A stretch of 58,700 nt of DNA from Bacteroidales bacterium (GTDB taxonomy: Bacteria; Bacteroidota; Bacteroidia; Bacteroidales; UBA7960): NCBI GenBank assembly GCA_019429055.1, contig JAHYJP010000002.1, forward strand, positions 1 through 58,700, given 5' to 3'. Below the pieces are notes generated by a model that was not told the origin of the DNA, searched no databases, and saw only the letters and a list, made by a program, of their open reading frames with translations. Shown one piece after another: positions 9,671-20,000 of this stretch; within the stretch, counting starts at the first letter, position 1, and every line of letters starts with the position of its first letter. Both the position numbers and the translations under genes were made by a program.

Positions 9671-10708
9671 ATGAAAGGCACTGAACTGCATTTTATCAGC
9701 CGGCTTTCAGATTATACGATGAAAAGCTTCTTCATCAGGGTTGCCCTGGTGAGCGGAACTGCTGTGCTGTTTCTGTTTATGGCTGTTCAGGTAGCGGGTG
9801 ATACAAGTATTGATATTTCGTTACTTGAGTATTTCCGCACAGTTCTGGTATTCAATATTATCAGTGAAGGCAATGTTTTCTTCGATCATCTGGCTGAGCG
9901 GTACCTTCCCATCCCTGAAAAGATCAGCCTACGACTAATTCTTCACATTATCATCAGCCTTATGCTTGGAACATTCGTGCTGGGTGTCTTTATTGTTACC
10001 GGAAATATGGCGCTGTTATTTCTGCACCCACTTATGCAATTGATGATACTTTTTGGGTTGATATTCATTTTCATTCTGATACTTGTATCAGTTACCATGC
10101 GTATCACCGAAAAGTGGATTTTTTCCATCAGGCAACTGGAAGAGCTCAAAAATCTTAAGCTGGTCAGCGATTACAATTCGTTACAGGCGCAGCTAAATCC
10201 GCACTTTCTATTCAACAACCTGAGTGTTCTCAAATCGATGATCACCTATGAACCAGATGCAGCGGTACAGTTTACCCAGAATTTCACGGATGTATATCGC
10301 TATGTTCTGGAAAGCAAGGATAAGGTAACGGTAAAACTGGCCGATGAACTCAGTTTTCTGGAAGCCTATACAGCTCTTCATAAAGAAAGGATGGGGGCTG
10401 CCCTGAATGTTGAAATGCAGGTGGATGATGCTTCGCTTAAAAAAGAAATTCCGCCACTGGCCCTTCAGATGCTTGTGGAAAATGCGCTGAAACATAACAA
10501 GGCATTGAAAGATGCTCCTTTGACTATTCAAATCCATACCCAAAATAATGCACTTGCAGTAACCAATAATCTGAATCCAAAAGAATCGGATTTTTCTGAG
10601 AAAACGGGATTAAAGAACCTGGTAGAGAGATATTCACATTTAACAGGAAAACCGGTAGAAATCAATCAGGATGAAAATAGTTTTCATGTGGCAATACCAT
10701 TGTTATGA
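9671..10708 (+). CDS. LytS/YehU-type sensor histidine kinase
   Basis: Four N-terminal TM helices; LQAQLNPHFLFNNL, VYRYVL, LQMLVENALKHN, TGLKNL. Confidence 0.92.
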   Translation: MKGTELHFISRLSDYTMKSFFIRVALVSGTAVLFLFMAVQVAGDTSIDISLLEYFRTVLVFNIISEGNVFFDHLAERYLPIPEKISLRLILHIIISLMLGTFVLGVFIVTGNMALLFLHPLMQLMILFGLIFIFILILVSVTMRITEKWIFSIRQLEELKNLKLVSDYNSLQAQLNPHFLFNNLSVLKSMITYEPDAAVQFTQNFTDVYRYVLESKDKVTVKLADELSFLEAYTALHKERMGAALNVEMQVDDASLKKEIPPLALQMLVENALKHNKALKDAPLTIQIHTQNNALAVTNNLNPKESDFSEKTGLKNLVERYSHLTGKPVEINQDENSFHVAIPLL

Positions 10709-11484
10709 GCAAGGAAGTAAAAATTATACTGGTTGAAGATGAAGAACACAACCTCCGTTTGCTTCAGGGCATGATCGGCAAACTGCGCCCGGGATGGCAG
10801 GTTGCAGGTACTTTCGAAAGTGTAAAAAACACTGTGGAATGGCTGCGAAATAACTCCCATCCCGACCTTATCTTTCTGGATATTCAACTGGCCGACGGTT
10901 TGTGTTTTTCCATTTTTGATCAGGTGGATGTACAAAGTATGGTGATCTTTACCACCGCTTATGATAATTACGCCATAAGAGCTTTCAAGGTAAACAGCAT
11001 AGATTATCTTCTGAAACCTTTTAAGGAAAGCGAACTTGAAACGGCTATCCGGAAATTTGAGAGTTTTACCAACCTGGCCGGCTCAACTTTAAGCAGACTG
11101 GATTACCTTGAGCTGCTGGATGCCATTCGCCGGGGTGGAAAGAAATACCGTAAACGTTTTCTCATATCAAAGGGCGATGGATTTGTGCGTCTCGATGTGG
11201 ACGATATTGCATATTTCTATAATGAAAACCGCATCACCACTGCATTTACCTTCGGCAGACAAACACACATGGTTGACTTTTCCCTTGACGGACTTGAAGA
11301 ACAACTCGACCCTGAAAACTTCCACCGGGCCAACCGGCAACTTATCGTGAACATTAAGGCTGTGGATAAAATCGAAAACTACTTTGGCGGAAAGTTAAAA
11401 TTGCGACTGAACCCACCCCTGGATGGCGATCTTACCGTTAGCCGCCTGAAGGCCATGTCGTTCCGGCAGTGGTTGGGGCAGTAG
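10705..11484 (+). CDS. LytTR family response regulator
   Basis: ILVEDE, PDLIFLDIQLADG, IFTTAYD, DYLLKP; C-terminal FHRANRQ and VSR. Confidence 0.95.
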   Translation: MSKEVKIILVEDEEHNLRLLQGMIGKLRPGWQVAGTFESVKNTVEWLRNNSHPDLIFLDIQLADGLCFSIFDQVDVQSMVIFTTAYDNYAIRAFKVNSIDYLLKPFKESELETAIRKFESFTNLAGSTLSRLDYLELLDAIRRGGKKYRKRFLISKGDGFVRLDVDDIAYFYNENRITTAFTFGRQTHMVDFSLDGLEEQLDPENFHRANRQLIVNIKAVDKIENYFGGKLKLRLNPPLDGDLTVSRLKAMSFRQWLGQ

Positions 11485-11490
11485 TTATTC

Positions 11491-13290
11491 CTACTTCTTC
11501 ATTCTCTTTCTCTCATGCTCATCCAGGATGATCTTGCGCATACGGATGTGTGCAGGTGTGAATTCAACGTATTCATCTTCAGCAATATATTCCAGTGCTT
11601 CTTCCATGGAAAACTTGATGGCAGGTGCAAATGATGCCTTGTCATCAGAACCGGCAGCTCTCACGTTGCTGAGCTTTTTGGTTTTGGTAAGATTTACAAC
11701 CAGGTCTTCCTGTTTGTTGTTTTCACCAATTACCTGGCCCGTATAGATCTCTTCGCCAGGATCCACGAAGAATTTTCCGCGGTCCTGAAGTTTGTCGATG
11801 GAGTAGGCGATGGCGGTTCCGGTTTCCATGGCTATGATGGCCCCGTTGCGGCGGCGCGTAAAATCGCCCTTGTAAGGCTCAAACCCTTTCAGTCGGTGTG
11901 CCATAACGGCTTCACCTTCTGTTGATGTGAGCATGTTGCTTCGCATTCCTATCAATCCCCTCGAAGGGATCTCAAATTCAAGGTGGGTGCGGTCATTCTT
12001 TTGTTCCATATTAACCAGGTCGCCCTTGCGCTGCGATACCATTTCAATTACTTTACCCGAAAATTGCTCAGGAACATGTACGGTAAGGTATTCAACGGGT
12101 TCATATTTCTTACCATCAATTTCTTTAAAGATCACCCGGGGCTGTCCCACCTGCAGTTCGTAACCTTCGCGGCGCATGGTTTCAATGAGGATGGAAAGGT
12201 GCAATACTCCACGTCCGAAAACCTGGTAAGAATCAGCCGAATTGGTCGGTTCTACACGCATGGCCAGGTTTTTTTCCGTTTCAAGATAGAGGCGATCGCG
12301 CAGGTGGCGTGAAGTAACGAATTTACCATCCCGGCCAAAGAAAGGGGAGTTGTTGATGGTAAACTGCATACTCATGGTGGGCTCATCAATAGAAATGGGA
12401 AGCATTCCTTCGGGAACTTCAAAATCGGCAATGGTATCGCCAATCTCAAAGTCTTCCATACCCAGCACCGCACATATTTCACCTGATTGTATTTCTGTTT
12501 TGATCTTTTCCTTACCCAGTCCTTCAAAAGTATACAGCTCCTTGATCTTTGATTTTTTAACCGTTCCGTCTCTTTTTACCAGCGAAACCTGCTGATTGGG
12601 AAAGAGTTTGCCACGTGTTAGTCTTCCCACAGCAATCCTGCCCAGATATGAGCTGTAATCGAGAGAAGTGATCTGCATTTGTGTGCTGCCTTCAAACACT
12701 GCAGGTGGCGGAACATGCTCAATTACGATATCAAGCAGATAAGAAACATCCTGGGTGGGATTGTTCCAGTCGGGGCCCATCCAGCCTCCCTTGGCCGATC
12801 CGTAAACCGTGGGAAAATCCAGTTGATCTTCTGTGGCATTGAGGGCAAACATCAGATCAAAAACTTTTTCCTGTGTGAGTTCAGGGTCGCAATTGGGTTT
12901 GTCAACTTTGTTGATCACCACGATGGGCTTTTTATGCAGATCGAGGGCTTTTTCAAGCACGAAGCGGGTCTGGGGCATGGGTCCTTCAAAGGCATCCACG
13001 ATAAGCAGAACACCGTCGGCCATATTCAATACCCTTTCTACTTCACCTCCAAAGTCGGAGTGACCCGGAGTGTCGATGATGTTGATCTTTACGTCATTAT
13101 AACGAACAGAGCAGTTTTTGGCCAGGATGGTGATACCTCGTTCACGTTCCAGGTCGTTACTGTCCATAATCAGGTCCTGTGTTTCCTGGTTGTCGCGGAA
13201 AAGCTTTCCCTGGTGCAGGATGCGGTCAACGAGGGTGGTTTTGCCATGGTCAACATGGGCTATGATGGCGATATTTCGTATATTTAGCAT
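11491..13290 (-). CDS. typA: Translational GTPase TypA/BipA
   Basis: [58 protein letters not shown]; start placed at MLNIRN (13290). Confidence 0.97.
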   Translation of the reverse strand: MLNIRNIAIIAHVDHGKTTLVDRILHQGKLFRDNQETQDLIMDSNDLERERGITILAKNCSVRYNDVKINIIDTPGHSDFGGEVERVLNMADGVLLIVDAFEGPMPQTRFVLEKALDLHKKPIVVINKVDKPNCDPELTQEKVFDLMFALNATEDQLDFPTVYGSAKGGWMGPDWNNPTQDVSYLLDIVIEHVPPPAVFEGSTQMQITSLDYSSYLGRIAVGRLTRGKLFPNQQVSLVKRDGTVKKSKIKELYTFEGLGKEKIKTEIQSGEICAVLGMEDFEIGDTIADFEVPEGMLPISIDEPTMSMQFTINNSPFFGRDGKFVTSRHLRDRLYLETEKNLAMRVEPTNSADSYQVFGRGVLHLSILIETMRREGYELQVGQPRVIFKEIDGKKYEPVEYLTVHVPEQFSGKVIEMVSQRKGDLVNMEQKNDRTHLEFEIPSRGLIGMRSNMLTSTEGEAVMAHRLKGFEPYKGDFTRRRNGAIIAMETGTAIAYSIDKLQDRGKFFVDPGEEIYTGQVIGENNKQEDLVVNLTKTKKLSNVRAAGSDDKASFAPAIKFSMEEALEYIAEDEYVEFTPAHIRMRKIILDEHERKRMKK

Positions 13291-13318
13291 GTTATTTACT
13301 TGTGAAAAAATAAGGGTG

Positions 13319-13326
13319 CAAAGGTA
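13319..13326 (-). promoter_or_regulatory. Bacteroidota -7 promoter element of typA
   Basis: Minus-strand TACCTTTG(CA), about 29 bp upstream of the typA ATG and directly abutting repeat copy B. Confidence 0.6.
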
Positions 13327-13330
13327 CTGC

Positions 13331-13467
13331 TTTTTCATCTGTTTATAATTTTTTTTTAATTCGGTCAGATGGAGCTCGCCAACAATATCCCGATTGTATG
13401 TTTTGTTTGTTGATAAATTATAATCATCCGCGTGTGTGTCAATAGTTTTTGTCATGGCTCGGTTCAT
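13331..13467 (-). repeat. Dispersed ~136-bp structured element, copy B
   Basis: Same conserved blocks, order and spacing as 3458-3592, with different variable segments. Confidence 0.9.
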
Positions 13468-13605
13468 CAGAATAAGTGAGAAGGTTTATTATTACATTTC
13501 AATTCAATTAAGTTTTATATCTTAGGAGTTTGAAAACCTGTGAAAACACCCACAGGTATAATGACAGGAGCAGCATCCGGGATTTAAAGCTTATAAAACA
13601 ATATA

Positions 13606-13929
13606 ATGGAAAAAGCCGAAATCAAAACTCTCATTCATAAGGAGATAGAAAAAACCAGGAATATTATTCAGGAGTACGAAGAACTAACCCGTCCGGTAGC
13701 TCCGGATGTAGCTATAGGCCGGGTTTCGCGTATGGATGCCATTAACAATAAAAGTGTTGTGGAAGCATCACTCCGCCAGGCCCGTGAGAAACTCGACAAA
13801 CTCAATTATGTCCTTGACAGGGTTGATAAACCTGATTTCGGACAATGTGCCCGCTGCGGCAATACCATTCCCCTTGGTCGTATTCTTCTCAAACCGGAAA
13901 GTGTGTATTGTGTAAACTGTGCACTTTAA
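13606..13929 (+). CDS. TraR/DksA C4-type zinc finger protein
   Basis: AIGRVSRMDAINNKSV coiled coil, FGQCARCG..IP..R....PES..CVNC. Confidence 0.9.
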   Translation: MEKAEIKTLIHKEIEKTRNIIQEYEELTRPVAPDVAIGRVSRMDAINNKSVVEASLRQAREKLDKLNYVLDRVDKPDFGQCARCGNTIPLGRILLKPESVYCVNCAL

Positions 13930-14272
13930 TTCTTCTTCCAGAAAAAATGAGTTCGGGTTTATGAATTAAATATCCTGATACAATTCTCTATCAATCTTAA
14001 AATAAGGTACATATGCAATCCAGTTCCTGAAAGAAGATACCGTAGAAAAGTTAAAAGGTAGATTTAAAATGCTAATTTGATAGTAGAAGAATTTATTATT
14101 TTATTGTCTTATTTTGATTCATTATAAATTACAATATTTTTTATCCAAATAAAAATATTTAACTATTTTTGGCCGGTCGAAATATCTTATTTGAATACCT
14201 AAATATTCATTTAAGCAAGATAGGGCAAGAATCAATTTATTTATTACTATTAATTCAGTTACATTAACCTTA

Positions 14273-15772
14273 ATGATTATGAAATCAAAAAAACTGATTT
14301 TATTTGGGTTTTTCTTAGCATTTCTGTATGTTATGATTGGTTGTCAAAAAGACAATAATGGCCCTAAAGATGCAACTCTTCCAACTCTGAACGCACAGGT
14401 AAGGGTTCAGGTTGCTTATGACGACACCCATGCGGCCTTCAGGTTTGTATGGAAAAGTCAGTCTAAAACTTTGCCAGCCGGATATGCCAATACCGGAAAA
14501 AAATACCCTGGCCATTTTCATGATATGCTTGTGCATGACGGAGAGAAATTCGATCGTTTTGCATCGGATGCTCGCATGCAGGAGGATCGCGTAAGTTTTA
14601 TGATTGATAAAGTTACAGATGGAATCCAGGGTTTTGCAAAGGCATCCTGCGCCATGACCTGTCATACTGGCATGGCTTCTCATAACTTTAATACTCCTGA
14701 TATAGTTGACCACTGGCACTGGCGTGGTGGAAGGAGTGGTCCTATGGGCTACGCTGAAGATGCTGCCGTAGGTGATGAACAACGTTTAAGAGATCCAGCC
14801 GGTACACCTCCAACAAAATTTATTCGCTCAGGTGGCGACCGTTTTCGCGAAGATCAGGCTGCACTTTCAGGAACAGCTCATGGTGTCCTGAGCGATGGCC
14901 TTCCAAGGTTTGTATTTAATAAAGGAAAAACCATTGGTGAATATACTATTCCGGCTTATTTTATTGCTGATATGAATGATAATATTGTTACTGATCCATT
15001 TACTGTATTACCAGGTGTAACTGATGTTACTACCAACCGAAGTTTGCTTGTGGTATATCAGGATTTGAGTTTTGATTCAGAAGACAAGGTAAATGCATTG
15101 GACCTTGGTTACCTGGTTTATGTTGCCACCTCAGAGGTGGATCATTTGCCCGAACACCTAAAAGATACCAACTCTGCTGATTTCACTACCTGGAGCGCTT
15201 TCTGGGCAGGTGAAACCGGTATAGGCGTTGCAGATGCTGCCCAGGCACTTGCCAAACTTAATGAAGTTCATCAGGAATGGGTGGGTGCAAATAAACTGGC
15301 CATGGTTACCCGCAGTGTTGCGTTTATTTATCAGTCAGATCAGCACGACATCAGTTCCGAACACGCATATAATAGTGATAACAATGAGTGGGAAGTTGTC
15401 CTTTACAGAAGATTGAACACCAGCTCTCAATTTGATGTGAACCTGGCCGATCTGGGTTCAGGAGCTAAATATGCACTGGGTTTTGCTATGCATGATGTGG
15501 GTGGTGCTGCCATTTCACACAATATTTCAATTACTTATTTGTTAGGTAATACTGAAGATGCTGATATTGTTGCCGGAAAAGTTGAAGATGTAACCACTGC
15601 CAACTGGAATGCAGTGCCATATTTTGACACTTATTACGTAAAACCTACTCTTTTGAATAAATGGACTGCCGAGTGGTTGACCGGACCCTCGCACGGCGGT
15701 TCTGCGATGATTGGAACTTCTACCTGTCTGTCTTGTCATCAGAATAATTTGTATAGCGGCGTACTTAATTAA
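14273..15772 (+). CDS. Heme-binding lipoprotein with an ethylbenzene dehydrogenase gamma/DOMON-like domain and c-type heme motifs
   Basis: Lipobox MIGC-QKD; V.VAYD....FRFVW, EDRVSFM, CAMTCH, DHWHWR..RS.PMGYAED, WEVVLYRRLNT...D, GFAMHD; C-terminal CLSCH. Confidence 0.65.
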   Translation: MIMKSKKLILFGFFLAFLYVMIGCQKDNNGPKDATLPTLNAQVRVQVAYDDTHAAFRFVWKSQSKTLPAGYANTGKKYPGHFHDMLVHDGEKFDRFASDARMQEDRVSFMIDKVTDGIQGFAKASCAMTCHTGMASHNFNTPDIVDHWHWRGGRSGPMGYAEDAAVGDEQRLRDPAGTPPTKFIRSGGDRFREDQAALSGTAHGVLSDGLPRFVFNKGKTIGEYTIPAYFIADMNDNIVTDPFTVLPGVTDVTTNRSLLVVYQDLSFDSEDKVNALDLGYLVYVATSEVDHLPEHLKDTNSADFTTWSAFWAGETGIGVADAAQALAKLNEVHQEWVGANKLAMVTRSVAFIYQSDQHDISSEHAYNSDNNEWEVVLYRRLNTSSQFDVNLADLGSGAKYALGFAMHDVGGAAISHNISITYLLGNTEDADIVAGKVEDVTTANWNAVPYFDTYYVKPTLLNKWTAEWLTGPSHGGSAMIGTSTCLSCHQNNLYSGVLN

Positions 15773-15794
15773 TTTTTGGGTAGCACTTAATTAC

Positions 15795-15836
15795 AAACCC
15801 GGCCTTTAGCAAAATTATTTGCTAAAGGCCGGGTTT
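15795..15836. terminator. Intrinsic terminator hairpin
   Basis: AAACCCGGCCTTTAGCAAA-loop-TTTGCTAAAGGCCGGGTTT perfect stem between convergent genes. Confidence 0.85.
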
Positions 15837-15939
15837 CGTTTAAAATAACAGTGTACTGAAAGAAACTCTTTGTCGGGCCTGCCGGAAAACACCAAAGGCG
15901 GCTTTATTTACTGCCTGAAAGGATTGGCAAGCCGGCTAC

Positions 15940-16753
15940 TTACTGACATTCAATATCCACACCATTTTCATCCCAGCAGTGAAATTCGTCATCGCTGAAA
16001 GTTTACGGATCTTTGATCTGACCGGTTTTGGTTTCCTTGTTCCAGTTGATTTCCACAAGGTTATTTTCTCCTTTGTTGAAAATGTTGTAAGAAGCATCGT
16101 AAGGTGTATTACCTGTAACTTCGTAGGAGATGTATCCGCCATTTTCCGGACCACCGCGAACAATATTGGTATACATTATGCCTTTTGTGCCATCATCATT
16201 TTTAAACCACTGAATACCCACAAAAGGTATAGGCTCGGCCGGCGACTTTAATAAAGTCCATTCGCCCTGTGTACCCCCAATTTCAGATGTTCCTGAATGC
16301 CATAGGAAATCTTCGTAAGCACCGGTACCTGCTTTGCTAATATACATGTTCCACCCTACCTGGTCACCTGCGATTTCTCCAAAAAGTTTTGCAGTAAAGG
16401 TGGATTGACCCACATTTACACTAAAATTCCAAAGCCACGATCCATCATACTGTGGCTGGGGTTGCTGATTGAAAGCCTCATTAAAGGTTGCAACCGGAAC
16501 TGCCATATGAACAAAGATTACCGTATTCCATAATGCCACATGTAATACTGCAACTGTGCGGTTTATGTATGTATCGCCGTTGAGCTGTTCTTTCTGCTGA
16601 TCAGTAAAATCTGAAAAATCCATAATAAAGGAAGACTGAGGCGGAAGTACAGGAGGTGTACCATGATCTTCTTTATTACATGAAGAAAAAGGAAGTAGTA
16701 AAATGGATAAAATAATGATCCGGTTAAATTTTGTTTTTCTGAAATTTTTCCAT
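15940..16753 (-). pseudogene. Lipoprotein of unknown function with a +1 frameshift after the ATG and a premature TAA
   Basis: Removing one G from ATGGAAAAATTTC gives MKNFRKTKFNRIIILSILLLPFSSC-NKED..., in frame with ORF 16003-16623. After the TAA at 16003-16005 the same frame continues TFSDDEFHCWDENGVDIECQ to a stop at 15940. Confidence 0.75.
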
Positions 16754-16950
16754 GATTAAAGTTTTGGTTAAATTATTTCACATTGAGAACGGAATTTTTC
16801 CAGATATTATTTGGAAAAGTATTTATCCTTCAAAATCTGGTAGTTTCTAATGATATTCATCAGTAAGAATACTTAAAAAGTGCAGTTTATTCAAATGATC
16901 CCGGGCTTTCAGGTCAGGGAGTGATTCTCAATAAAAATCAATATGAAGTG

Positions 16951-16986
16951 AAAAAGGGTCGTTCTGAATTTTTCAAAACGACCCTT
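16951..16986 (-). terminator. Intrinsic terminator of the T9SS cargo gene
   Basis: AAGGGTCGTT...AACGACCCTT stem followed by a T-run on the minus strand. Confidence 0.75.
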
Positions 16987-17007
16987 AATACTTGTAATGA
17001 ACCTGCC

Positions 17008-20000
17008 CTAATTAATGATCTGCAACCTGGTATGGACTTCATTGCCGAAAACCATCTGAATGATATAGGTTCCGGGTGTTAAAGCAGGGTATATGACATT
17101 TTCACCGGCCGGTATATTCATGTCGAAAACTACTGTGCCAGTCATATTAGCAATAATGATCCGGGCGTCCTGCATGAGATTAACATTAAGTCTGTCTCTG
17201 GCCGGATTCGGGTGAACAGTAAAGCTGTTTTCTGAAACATATTCATCAATACCCACACTTCCCTGCAACTGAATCTCTGCTCTTTCGGAAACACCCGAAC
17301 TGTAAACAGCTTCTACCTCAGCCAGGTGATTTGCTTCAGTAAGTCCGCTGATTACAAAATTTGTTTCTGCAACATTTTCAGCAATCAGATTTCCATCCAG
17401 GTAAATATTGAAATGGAGAAAGTGCTTGTATTCCTTTTGATAGGAAATGTCATCGAGTAAAAGGAAGTAAGTGTTATCAGAAATGTAATTGATGGCAACG
17501 TAACGCGTTCCTTCAGGAGCATTGAAAGCGTATTCCTGCCAGTGATCCGGAGGAACGATCTGATTTCCGTTTTCAAAGGGTGTGAAATCATTGACTTCGG
17601 AACCCGATTCAGAATAAAGTACCCTGAATGTTTCCGGATCATTACCCACGAGCGATTGTGCATAGAAGGAGAATTTTCCTGCACCTGCCGGGATGATCAG
17701 CCAGTCATTGCCGGGTCCTTCGGGACCTGCCAGGGCCACAAGGTATCGCCTTCCCGAATGAGCATCCAGATTTATGGGAGGAGCTGTGGCAAACGGGTTG
17801 AACACCATAAACGACATGGGGTTTCCTGCCCCGGGCCAGGTGAAGTTCGTGTAGGTGTAGGTTGGCAGGCCATCCAGGTCTTTCAGAATGTAATCGCCGA
17901 TATTGTTTTTCTCAAAATCGGGATAGGTTTCAATATCATCAGTATATTCGGTATGAACCGTCCATGTAAGATGTGCAACCGATGCATCGTCATCCTGCTG
18001 CGCTGCAAGGTTTACCGGCATGGGCAGCAACTCTGTCAGAGGCACCTCGATGATTTGTCCGGAGGCAATGCCTACATTTTGCATAACTACTTTTTCGAAG
18101 TTTTCCAGCTGAACTGATAGTGTATAGGTTCCCAGCCATACATTGCTTAAATCGGCCTGCGTTTCAGAGGCTGAAAGTGTTTTCTCATAAAAATGATCAT
18201 CATTAAACAAACTGATATAGGTTCCTGCCGGACTACCTGCATTGGGCAGGGGTTTGATGGCGATATTGAAAAGAACATCCAGCATTACATCATTGGAAAG
18301 GGTTATTTCAGAGATCAGATCGTCGCCGTAATCAGCCTTTACTCCATACCTGTAAATACCCGGATCGGCATCAGTCAGTGCCTGATCCTCAAACTCTTCA
18401 ACTGTTACAAGTTGTGTAGTAAGTTCTGTCCATGTTTCCGGGTTGGTGTCCTTTAGCCCCCGGAAAACTTTATATCCTGCAGGATTGGCATCAACCGTAG
18501 TATTTACTATACCGTAGATATTCCAGTTTTTGTTGGTCAGGCTCATACCGGTCCATGTGCCATTTTCATAAAGCATGCTTCCCTTTCTTTGCGGTGCGTT
18601 TGGACCTTCATCAATGCCAATGGGGTATGCCCCATAGCCGGGTTCGAACCGGATTCCTATCCAGAGTTCCTTGGTTTTATCAATAAGGATAGCCCTGCTG
18701 AGTTCAAAGGTATACCAACCCTCTTCAGTTATGATTTCAGGATGTGTGTATATCAGCTCTGCTGCCTGAGCACCTTCAAATACCTCCAGGTGGATATTGG
18801 CATGATTGGCAATGTAGGCTTTTATATGTGTCAGTTTACCCCCTTCAGGAACAATACTGTTAAGATCGGATATGGTAAACCTGACGCCTGCGGTAAATTC
18901 TGCTCCGCCCCAGCCCCAGGCAGTATACTGTGTAAGCGAACCCCATTGCAGCATGGTTTCATTATCGAACCCGTAAGGCCGTTCCCAGGTAATGATACCG
19001 GCTGAATTCTCAATCTCTGCAATCACATTCATGGGTTTATGGGCCATCAGATCAAGCTCAACAGGATCAAGACTGAAATCATTATCATCACTGGTAAAAG
19101 ATTGTTGTGATGAATGATAAAGTGGGTGTGTGACATTAAGCTGATAATCTTTTTCCGCGAAAGCGTTCAAAGTAAACAGGCCTGATTCATTAGTGATGGT
19201 GTTCTGAGAAGAATATCCACTCAGTTTTACATAAGCTCCCTCGATGGCAACACCGGCATTATCCTGAACGGAACCGCTGATAATAATGGGAGAGGCTGAA
19301 GAAAGCACCACATCCAGAACGATGTGTTGATTTTCACCAACTGTAATTTCTGTGAAATGGCTGTTCAGCCCTTCTTTGGAAAATGAAACAGAATAATTTC
19401 CCGGTAGTAACGCCGGAATGGAATAAGTTCCGTCAGCGCCGGTGATGACGGTTTCATGCTGGTATTCATTTAACCCTACCGGTGTCACTTCAATAATAAC
19501 ATTTTCAATTCCTGTGCCTTCGCCTCCCAATGTAACCAAACCTGAAATACTGCCATAGTTTTGTACTTTGGTGGTAACAATACTTGGGATTGAACCTACT
19601 TCTTCGGTTGACCATGCTGCAGGCTGAGTAGTTATGGTACTCATATCTACTCCGTATCCAATAGCATAATAGGTTCGCAAATTTTCTACCGGGGTGTTCA
19701 TGAACTTAAAAGATGAACCGGAGGGCGGATTGTCGATCAGAGGTTTAATAACAGTTATGATTATATTTTCATTGGTTTCGGCATCATAATAGAAGGGCTG
19801 ATCCAGCTCAATTTCAATGGCATGGCGCCCGGCATTAAAGGTTATGGGTCCGTCAAATACCAGTTTCTGATCAGCATAATACTCCCATACGGCATTGGCA
19901 TTGTTGGGGCCGAAGACCTGGCGCTCGGTAGTGCTCATGTAAATCTTGTAATTCATGGTTCCGCCTGATGTTCCCAGGTTGCTGAAATACGATAAGCCGG

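Noticed and set aside
3458-13467. The two repeat copies as a CRISPR or TIGR array
   Set aside because: Only two copies, ~9.9 kb apart and not tandem; no cas or Nop-domain gene in the window
13291-13467. 59-aa N-terminal extension of TypA in the ORF track
   Set aside because: It is read-through of the repeat element; copy A hits a stop after 19 codons in that frame, and TypA normally starts just before IRNIAIIAH
16003-16005. Stop-codon read-through or recoding
   Set aside because: The codon is TAA, TAA ends many intact genes here, and the gene has a second lesion, so pseudogenisation is simpler
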